Of a DNA stretch of 64,000 nt, positions 53,801 through 64,000 are shown in pieces. Made by a program: the position numbers and the translations under genes. The DNA is from Geosiphon pyriformis uo1 (lineage: Eukaryota > Fungi > Glomeromycota), in NCBI GenBank assembly GCA_016748015.1, contig JAAOMT010000617.1, forward strand, positions 248,001 to 312,000, given 5' to 3'. The notes under the pieces are model-generated. The model made no database searches and was not told where the DNA came from. It worked only from the letters and a program-made list of their open reading frames with translations. Positions within the stretch are counted from its first letter, which is position 1. Every line of letters begins with the position of its first letter.

Positions 53801-54954
53801 TCAACATAAAACAATTAAAATCACAACAACAAAACCAATTTAAACAACTAATTATTAAAAATGCAAACATATTTGCAAAAAGCAATAATAATTTAGAAAA
53901 AAACTAATCTAGTTTAGCATTAAATTTATACTGGGAATACAAAACTAAAACACTAACAAGTCTACCAAGTCTTATTTAAAAGTCATTAATTTATCTAAAA
54001 AAAAGTCCAATACATGCTTAACAATAAACTTATTCAATTATTAATAAGTTTTTAAACTTTATTAGTAGTTTTTATTAAAAAAAAAAGAGAAAAATCCATT
54101 TTTGTGTTGACTATTACCAATTAAATAGTATTACAATTAAAGATGTTTATTTTTTATCTTAAATTAATAGTATATTAGATGTTCTTAACAAGTCAAATAC
54201 TTCTTAATCTTAAATCTAAAAAATAAATATTAACAAGTTGCTATAAATCTCAAAGACTACTCAAAAACAGCTTTTATTATTCAAAAAAAAATTATAAGTC
54301 CAATATAATGTTTTTTAGATTATGCAATATATTAACAATATTTTAGAAACTATGAATATTGTTTATGTTAAAGTTTTTTGAAAGTCAATAATTGTCTACT
54401 TAAATAATACTGATATTTATTTGTAAAAAGTTTTTTAACAATTATAAAAAGCAAAATTAAAATTAAATATCGAAAAATATTATTTTGAAAAAACCAACTT
54501 GGTTTTTCTAAATTACATTGTTAATAAAAAAGAAGTCAAATCTAATTCAAAAAAATAAGTATTGTTAAAAATTTCAAAGTTTTTTAAAATATTACTGAAT
54601 TAAAAAAATTTACAAAATTAGTATTTTATTATTAAAAATTCATCAAAAGATTTACCAAATTACTGAATTATCTAATCAACAAAAATATTAAATATAAATA
54701 AACTTTAAAACAACAAAAAATCTTCAATATTTTTTAAAAAAAACTAATAATAGCTTTAATTTTAGCTTATTTCAACTTCAATAAAAGATTTTAACTAGTT
54801 ATAAATACTTTATATATAGTTTTTAATACCATTTTATTTTAGCTAAATAAAAATAAAAATGAGCAAATAATTGCTTATGCCAGCAAAAAATTAAAGTTAG
54901 CAAAAAAAAATTATTTTGTTACTAAATTAAAAACAGTAATAATAATTTGAATTC
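49341..54954 (+). mobile_element. Ty3/gypsy LTR retrotransposon A (5'LTR-gag-PR-dUTPase-RT-RNaseH), truncated by nested insertion
   Basis: LTR 49341-50068 then PBS-like TTAGTGTTC. Protease remnant ~51650-52050 (LILKNKFVKNII = LILDSGSAGSII). dUTPase ~52990-53380. RT FCVDY (~54100) and IVYLNNT (=YLDD, 54391). RNase H IAYASKKL (~54870). Confidence 0.9.
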
Positions 54955-57427
54955 TGTTATAGATAATTATTTGCAGTATTAAAATAAATAACAAACTTAT
55001 AACTTGATACTTAATAGTTAATTATGCTGTTAATAATTTCTAAAGGTTTTTAATCTAAAAGTTTTGGTTGAGTTTTTTTGTATAATAGACAAAAATTTAC
55101 TTGATAATTGTTTTTCTAAATTTTTTTCTTCAATATAAAAGCCAATTTAATTTGATAGTTATGTTCTTATAATAAGTTATTTTAAAGTTTTCATTCTTGT
55201 TTCATAGATTTTTTACTAAGCTATTCTTAATATTAATATCTTAATGTTTAATTCTTAAATTACCTAGTATACAACAAAAAACAAAATAATACAAAATAAA
55301 AGAAAAATAAAAAAAATAAAAAAAGAAATAAAAAATTAGTATTCTGTCAATAGCTATAATCAAGAGCTATTGGTTTAATATAATTAAGTAACAAATTTTA
55401 TCAATATAAGTTGCTAATAGAATCGAAAAATAATAATTTTAATCCAATGATAAAAATAATATAAATTGGATGATAAAGCAATAATTTTATTTTAATATTT
55501 AAATAATTCTACTTCAAAATATAGAAAACTATTTTTTAAAAAAAAAGTATGTTATGAATAATTATTGTTAACTAATTAAAAACTTGTCTAAATTTGAATG
55601 TTTTTTTTACTTTTAATATTACTATTATATATAAATAATTTTTATTATATAAGATTTTACATATTTTTATTCTTTTATATACTATTTTCTAAAACTGTGC
55701 TTATTTTTGAACAATATATCATGATTTTTTAAAAATATGTTATGATTTCTTGACAATATGTTTATTTTTTATAAATATATACATTTCTAAAAATACACAT
55801 ATATATTAAATATTATTTCTTATTAGGCTATTTTTCTAATTTATTTTCTTTATTTTTTAATATTGAGCTTTATCAAAATTTTTATTTTAAATTAATTTTA
55901 TTACTTTTTTTTTAATATTGTGTATTTAATTTTGATTTTTAAATCATTAAATTAGAAGTTAGTCATCTTTTTTTATTGGTTAACAGTTATTGTTTCTATT
56001 TCTAAATACAATAATATTTTTGGGTAATCTTAAAATATGGTTTGTAATTAATAAATTGTTTTAATATATAATATAAAACTTGTTTTTTTTAATAAAGTCT
56101 TCAATTTGTTATACTATTTATTAATTAAATGTTTTTTTGAATTTGTTTGTGTATAATTCTTAAATATTTAATTTTTGTTCTAGCTAATAGTAACAATATA
56201 TTCTTGAAAGTTGTTTTATTTATAACTTTTAATTTTTTTTAGTCAATTTTTTTAAAAGTGGTTTTTACTTTTTTTATAATTTTATTTGATTAATAATTTG
56301 GTTATTTTTGTGATTATTAGTATAAACTGCTCTTTGTTTTTTTTTTTGTTTGTATTTTTATAACAAATTGTTTAGTAATTAATAATTATTTTTATGTTTA
56401 ATTATTGTTAATTTATTGTTTAAAATAATTGTTATGTCAATATGTAAATATAATTAGAAATTTCTATTTTTCTGATTACTTTTGTTATATATATTGGTTT
56501 TTTATATATTATTTTGGTAGTTCAAATTTTGTAAGATTTTATTAGATTTAATTACTATTTATTATTTTTCTAATTGTGAAATATTATTGATAGATGATGA
56601 TATTATATTATAATATGATGTTAGTTAATTACTATATACTACTTTAATTAAGATTTTGTTGTTTTATTTTAACTTATATTTTCTATTTTTCAAAAATTTT
56701 CAATATGAAATAGATTATCTTATTTGGAATCAAATTTTCTATTCCATTGTTTTTTTGCTTGATATAATATAAAAGCACTTTGTTTTTAATCTTAAATTTA
56801 ACTGGTTTGTTTAATAACTAGTTGTCATGTTGTTTTTTTTTGTTTTTTTCATATCATTAACTGTTTTTATTTTTTTATTTTTAGTGTTTCTATTAAGTAA
56901 TAGATTTTTTGCAACAGTATTTTTTGATAATTAGTTTCTGTTATTGGTTTTATTGGATATATGTAAATATTTATCTTTATTGGTAGTGTTGTTGTTTTAC
57001 TATATATTAATTCAAATAATGTTATTTGTGTAGTATTTTGCTTCATTATTTGATAAGCAAATAATACTGATAATATAAACAAATTCTATTTGTTCTGGTT
57101 TTTTTGGCTGATTTTGGCTATTGTTTTACACAATATTCTATTAAATTTTTTAACTAAGCTATTGGTTTATAGATAATATAGAAATAATAATGGTTTTTTA
57201 ATTCCAAATTTCGGATTTAATTTTGTTAATGTTTTGTTTATAAAGTGAGTTTTTTGGTCTAATAACAATTTTTTTGAACATTTGTGTTAACAAATTAAAT
57301 CTTGGTATACAACTTCAGTTACAAATTTTGCATCTGCTTTTTAAATGGCTTTAACTTCTAACTATTTTGTAAAATAGTCTATGACAATTGCTATATATTA
57401 GTTGTTTTTGCTAATAATTATTAATGA
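54955..57427 (-). mobile_element. Ty3/gypsy element B: 3' part (integrase C-half, extra ORF, PPT, 3'LTR ~54955-55840)
   Basis: Integrase remnants DYFTK, LFAYQ, TLFELIYSK. LTR homologous to 57428-58401. Confidence 0.8.
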
Positions 57428-58194
57428 TATTACAAATGCTTATTTGGGGTATTGGTATAAATAACAAACTCATAACTTGGTGCTCAATAGCTAACTAATG
57501 TTGATAAATTTGAAGATTTTTATGATTTAAAGGTTTTGGTATTTAAAAATTTTGGTTAAGTTCTTTGTATAATGAACAGAAATTCAATGGTGATATTCTT
57601 TGGTAATGTTTCTAGTTTCTTTTTTAACTCTCGAGTTGGTATAATTTGGTATTTATAGTCTTCCAAAATGTTTTATTCTGTCAATTTCTTTCTTAGTTTG
57701 GTGGTTGGTTTCCTGATAAGCTATCCTTAAATTCCGAATTGTCTACCCTTATTTTTGGGTTTTTTACCAGTTTTTTTAATGTTAATTGCTTAGTGCTTAA
57801 TTCCTTTAATCTATTAGTAAATCAATACAACAAAAGAAAATAAAAAATAAAAATAAAAAAAAATAAAAAAAAATAAGAAATTAGTATTTTGTCAATAGCT
57901 ATAATCAAAAACTATTATTCCAGTATAGTTAAGTATTAGATGTTATCAACATAAAGTGTTAATAAATAAAAGAGTGATTAGATTCTTAAACAAATAATGA
58001 CAACATAGATTAGATAATAATATGTATGTTTTATTTGATATTTTGTTAATAAATTCACTTTGGTAAATATTAACTATTTATAAAGTAAGAATTAATTAAT
58101 AGATAAAAAAAAGAATGCTAAACTAAAACTGAATCGAATTTTGTATTTCTTGCTTCTAATACTACTGCTATATATATAGTTAGTATTATATAAA

Positions 58195-58330
58195 ATTCCT
58201 GGAATTTTGCAATTTTTTTAAAGGAATTCTGAAATTTTGAAATTCTGGAATCCTGCAATTCCTTACAAAAAATCCTAGAATTCTGGGATTTTAGAATTTT
58301 GCAATTCTCTTAGAAAAATCCTGAAATTTC
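58195..58330. repeat. 8-bp (GGAATYCT-like) tandem array inside element C LTR
   Basis: Degenerate 8-bp units in ~45-bp higher-order blocks. Confidence 0.7.
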
Positions 58331-59517
58331 TCTGTTACTATGCCTATTTCTAATTGGCTATTTTTTTAACTATATAATACTCCTACTTTTTATGAGTAAC
58401 ATTATTCTTTCCTTTTAATATTAAACTTCATTAAAATCTTTTAAACTTTTTAGATTTTTTTCTTGGATTAACTTCATAACTTCTTTTTTTAGAATTGCTT
58501 TTGTAATTTTGGTCTGTAATTTTTTAAATTGGGCATTAGTTAATTTTTCCAATTGATTAATTGTTACTGTATCCATTGTTGGATATAGTAATATTTCTGG
58601 TCTGTCTCAAAATCCTATTCATAGTTGGTAAATAGCTTTTACATGTATGAATAAATTGTTTTTTTTAACAAGTTATTTAATTTGTTGTAGTCAAATTGGA
58701 TCAAATTTTTTTTTTGTTTTGTCAGTATATAAGTTTTTAATACTTAATTATTGTCCTAATTGATAGTAATAAAAGTTTTTTGAATTTTATTGTATTTATT
58801 GGTTCTAATTTTCTAAGATTTATTCTTTTTCTGATATTAGTATTCTTGAATCTTCTAATGTCTTTTCTATCTTTCTTATTATCTTATCTATAGTGTTCTC
58901 AAAAATGTGATGTTTAAAATATTGCTCTTTGTTTTGGTCTTTTCACATTATTTTTTTGTTCTTGTATTGAATTATGTGTTTATTGATAGTAATTTCTAAG
59001 CTTGATTTCTGTTGTTAAATTAGTTGTAATAGTTGTTGTGTAAATAAATAGATGTTATTAGTAATTTCCATCTTTTCTTGTTGTTTTTGTTATGTATGCT
59101 TATTCTTTATATACTGTTATAGTATATCACTTCAATGTGTTTGCTTCAATAATAATAATTGGTTCTAGATTTCATAGAATCTTATTTGGTTTAACTGGTA
59201 TTTTTTGTATTTCCAGTTGTAGAATATTATTGGTGAATAATAATAATATATTGTGATATGATTTTAGTCAATCTTTATGTGCTGCTTTAGCTAAGATTTT
59301 GTTGTTCTATTTTAGTTTATAAGCTCTATTCCCTAGAATTTCTTTAATGTCTATCCTATTTGGAATTAAATTTTTTACTCCATTGTTTTTCCACTTTGGT
59401 ATAATATAAAAGTATTTTGTTTCCAATTCTGAATTTAACTGGTTTATTTGATAATTGGTTATTATGTTATTTTTTTTGTTTTTTTGTAACGTTTGAATGT
59501 TGTTAATCACTCTTCAT

Positions 59518-60496
59518 TGTTATTAGTAGAATTCTAGCTATTAATTAGCATGAAATTATTCTTTTAATTCCTAGTATTAATTAGTATATATTATTATTAT
59601 TTCAATTATTACTTATTAGTTAATCAAATTATCAAAAATCATTATTCAATTAATAATCCAATTTGTATCATAAAAATTAAGATGATCAAATTACACAATA
59701 TTTTAAACTATTTAATATTCAAAAATTTGCCGAAATTAGTAGAAATTGGCCGAAATAATCAATAGTTTGTAGAAATAATTTGTAGTTTGCCGAAATGTAT
59801 TTTTAATTTACAGAAATTATAGCAAAAAAGAAAGTGCAAGTTCAAAGACTAGTACTATAACAAATTATATAAAAAAAGAGCTTTTCTCTTCAAAAAAATA
59901 TATTTAACTTTAGATATCTTAATTAGAACAAATCATCTCTTACACATCCTTACAAAATCAAATAAAAATTAAATATTTGAAAACCAAATCTTTAATTATT
60001 ATACTTAAAATTCATAAAAGAAAACACAATTAACGTTTTAAAATTGACTAGTTACCAATTTCAATAGTCTGTTAGTAACTTTAGGCCTAAATAAAAAATG
60101 TTTTCCTTAACACAATTCTATTTTTTTTACATTTCTTTTATTTTATTTTATTTTATTTTATTTTATTTTATTTTTTTTATTACAATCATTAAAGTAGTCT
60201 ACAGACAAGATTTCTGTAGAAAAGTTGACTTTTACAGCAAAGTAATTACACATTTTTTAGTAAGCTTCCAGACAAGCAATTCCTAGAAAAGAGTTGATGT
60301 TTACTACAATATAACTACATAAAGTAACTGGCATAAAATTGGTCATTTCACTTATAAGCTCAGCAGTTTAAATTATAGAAGATAATTTGAAAATAAATTT
60401 AATTATCAAAGATTCAACTACTTTCAGAAAATGTAAATTCACAACAAACAGACATTAACAACATTCAAGAAAAGAGACCAAAAACCTCTAATAACA
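59518..60496 (+). mobile_element. Solo LTR of the element-A family inserted in element C integrase tail
   Basis: Perfect 8-bp terminal inverted repeats TGTTATTA...TAATAACA. Flanks TCAT/TCAA (imperfect 4-bp TSD). Internal 20-bp-period TTTGCCGAAAT repeats at 59721-59820. Confidence 0.8.
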
Positions 60497-63400
60497 TCAA
60501 CTTTTGTTTTTTAACATTTCTATTAGTTCATACATTTTTTTTAGCAATATTCTTTAGAAATTAGTTTCTGTTATTAGTTCTGTTAATATGTATTAATGTT
60601 TATCTCAACTAGTAATATTGCTGTTTTGTTATAAACAAGTTCAAATGATGTTGCTTATGTGATATCTTGCTTTATGTTTAATAAACAAATAATACTGATA
60701 GTATAAACAAATCTTATTTGTCCTGGTTTTTTTGGCTGATTTTTGCTATTGCTTTATACAATATTCTGTTGAATCTTTTAACTAAGCCATTTGTTTGTAG
60801 ATTATATGATAATAATAATAGTCTTTTGATTCCAAATTTTTAACTTAGTTCTGTTAATGTTCTGTTTACAAAATAAGTTCCTTAATCTAATAGTAATTTT
60901 TTTAGACATCTATGTTAACAAATTAAATCTTGGTAGACAAATTTGGCTATGAATTCTGCATTTGCTTTTTGGATTGCTTTTGCTTTTGGCCATTTTGTAA
61001 GATAATTTATAGCTATTGTTATATAATAATTGCCTCTGCTGGTTATTATTAATAGTTCGACTAAGTTAATTCCAATTTAATCAAATAATTGTCTCACTTT
61101 AATTAGTCTTAGTGGTTTACTAAGTCTTATTCCTCCTTTTCTTTGACAAACATCACAATTTTAAACATATTGAATAATGTTTAGATACATTAATAGCCAA
61201 TAGTATCTTTTTCTGGTTCTTTTTATGGTTACTTCTTTATGGAAATATTCTGTTGTTAGATCTAAATGTATATTAAATAGTATTGTTTCTTTTTTTGGTT
61301 TCATAATAATTTTGAGTGGCTTATCTGGATATTTTTTGTTCTTTTAATATAATATATTTTAATAAGTGATAAAATATTTTGATTGTTGTTTTATGTTGTT
61401 TTGTTTTTTTTGAGATAATTTTATCTTAAACTGCTAAGTATTAATATAATATTAGAGTTGTTGATATTTTTGTGTATTCATTTTTTGTTATATTTTTGGG
61501 TTAAAATGTTCTTAGATTTGTTTTATTTGTGACAAACTGTTGGCATTTCTGTTTTTTTTTTTTTTTTATAATATACTGTATAATTAAATAGTGATAATTC
61601 TATTTTCTATCTTGCATGGTAGTTATTTTTAAATTTTTGCTTCTGGATTGATGTCAACTCTTTGTGGTTAGTGTACACATCAAACTTTTGACTTAAATAT
61701 TTTTTTCATTTGATGACAGCCCAATAGATAACCAAATATTCTAATGCTGGAGTTCCATAGTTCTTTTTGGCTGGGCTTAAGCTTTGGTTAGCATATGCTA
61801 CTAAGTGTTTTTTTCTATCTGGTTTTTTTTGTAATAGTATGGCTCTCAATGTTTAACTTGATGTATCAGTAATAATGATAAATAGTTTGCTGTGATTTAG
61901 ATAAATTAGTACTGGTGCTTGAATAAGTTTTTTTCTTAAGATGTCAAAAGCTTTTTATTAAGTTTCAATATATTCATATTTTACATTCTTTGCTTAAAAC
62001 TAGTGAAATAGTTAAGCCAGTTTAGAGAAGTTTTAAATAAAACAGTAATAGTATTCAGCAAATTTTAAAAATGTTTTTAATTCTGTGAGATTTGTTAATA
62101 CTGAAAAGTTTTTGACAATTTTAATCTTATTTGAATCTATTTTGATGCTATTTTTGCTTACAATATGTTTCAAAAACTTGAGTTTAGTTTTACCAAAAAA
62201 ACATTTGGTTGTGTTTAATTTCAATCCGACTCTTTTTAATCTTTTAAACACTTGCTAAAAATGATAGAGATAATCATCAAATATTTTAGAGAATACATTG
62301 GTGTTAATTAAGTAGACTACTATTGATTTTCATAATAATTCTGTATAGACAATTTCTATTAGCCATTGAAAGATGAATGAAGCATTTATTAAGCTAAAAG
62401 GCATAATATTAAATTTAGAGTTTTCTTCTCTGGTGGTAAATGCTGTTTTTTTTTGTCAGCTGGATTTATGGCTACTTGCCAGTAATTACTATTTAGATCT
62501 AATATTGAAAACCATTTTTTTCCTCCAAATACATTGAATAATTCTTGATCTGTGAAGTTGGATAATTGTTTTTATAAATCATACTGTAATCTACACAAAA
62601 GCAAATTTTCTTATTTTTCTTTTAGACAAGTACTATTAATAATGACTATAAACTCATTAATGGTTAAATTAACTTATTGTCTAACATTCTGTTGATTTTT
62701 TGTCAAATGATTTCATGGCTTGCTGGTAGTATTCAGTATGTTTGTTGTTTAATTGGCATAGTATTTCCAGTTTTAATCTAATACTAGATAATGTTAATTC
62801 TGTTAAATTCATTTTCATTGGCAAAGATGTTGATGAAATTGTTAAGAAACATTTTGAGTTGCATATGTTGAAATAAGTCTAAGTTTCTCAAGTTCATTTG
62901 GTTCAATTGTTCTGGTTGAAGTAAATAACATTTTTCTTGTCCATGTATTGTTTGTAATATAATATTCACATATTTACAAAGCTGTAAAAAATTTGAAATA
63001 GTATTTGGTAGTTGGCTTTTAACTTTAGTGCTTAAGTATCTAATAGTAGTTTCACTTGGTATTTTAATGGTGTTTTCAGTTGTGTTGTAAATAAAAATTT
63101 GATGTATTTATTGTTCTTAACCAGTATATAGAAATTGATAATTCCAATTTTCCCTGATTTACATATAGTTGGTTCTGCTTTAAAAATTTGGGACTGGTTC
63201 TTTATTTTTTTCTTTATTACTAATATATACTAATTATATAGTGGAATAAAAACTGATTGATGGGTGAAAATAATTTCTTCTTTATTAATAATTTCTTTCT
63301 TTGTCATATTGATTAATATGTTTATTCTACTCATTAATCCAAATCTATTTTTCTTTCTGGCTGTGATCCCTAATTCTTCTTTTGTTCTCATTGGCACTAA

Positions 63401-64000
63401 TTAAGCTATTTTTATCAAAGATAAGAATATTGTCTATGCTATCTTTTTATTTGGTTTAATTATATATGATTTTTTTAAATCATTTTGTAGTATTACAATA
63501 ATATTTTCTACATATTTTGTGTCAATTATTCTTCCTCTAATGGTGATTCTCTTTTTTGCTAAATTAGATCTAAATACTAATTGAATTATTGTTGTTGCCA
63601 AAATTTTCAGTGCTATTTTCAGATTAATGCTGATACATAAATGTGATTTCAATTTAATGGCTGTTTTTTCTGAGTATCTAAGATCAAACTCTATATGAGT
63701 ATCATGTACATATTCTGACATAATATCTTCCTTATTATTACTGAACCATTTAGTTCTTGCTCTATTAACAGATCTGAAAGTACAATATATTGTTTAGAGT
63801 TATAATTAGAGTTTGAATTGTTGTTGTTATTGTCATATTGAATAAAGTTAAAACTATTGTTGTTGTTATTATTAGAGTTTGAATTACAATTGAATTTTGA
63901 TTTTGATTCCATTGTACACTCACTAATTGGTTTTTTTTCTTTGAAAATTGAATAAATTATGCATGATAGTAGATTGTAAATAAGCTTACAATTATTACAA

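Larger units (their letters stand above)
57428..64000 (-). mobile_element. Ty3/gypsy element C (dUTPase-RT-RH-IN-extra ORF-3'LTR), continues beyond the window
   Basis: dUTPase ~63330-63760 (VHDTHIEFDLRY...RGRIIDTKY). RT ICFCVDY ~62600. RH LVAYANQSLSPAKKNYGTPALEYL ~61760. IN CDVCQR ~61150. 3'LTR 57428-58401 with TAACA end and adjacent PPT 58402-58416. Confidence 0.9.

Noticed and set aside
59721-59820. CRISPR-like periodic repeats
   Set aside because: 20-bp period, no unique spacers, inside an LTR, eukaryotic context, no cas genes.

Overview
Eukaryotic, intron-rich, very AT-rich fungal DNA. The gene content and repeat families suggest Glomeromycotina/Mucoromycota (Geosiphon/arbuscular-mycorrhizal-like); this is an inference. 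Gene islands contain a Git3-like GPCR, a secreted S1/P1 nuclease, a PEX14/PEX14-17-like peroxin, VMA12, a Mug190-like SMP+C2 protein, KU70, an unknown low-complexity protein, an F-box protein, a class-3 lipase and an AMF-type tyrosine-kinase-like (probable pseudo)kinase. A 7-exon SPO16/SCRE(C1orf146)-like meiotic crossover gene at 41967-43222 (-) is absent from the ORF track; I assembled it by hand and it needs a GC-AG intron. Between the islands are transposon relics erased by massive C>T/G>A transitions: the 5' half of a LINE (10-13.7 kb) and a nest of Ty3/gypsy elements (49.3-64 kb), two of which carry a dUTPase, including a solo LTR. Relic paralogues of the lipase and kinase lie next to the intact copies. 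Exon borders and relic domains were read by eye and need computational confirmation.
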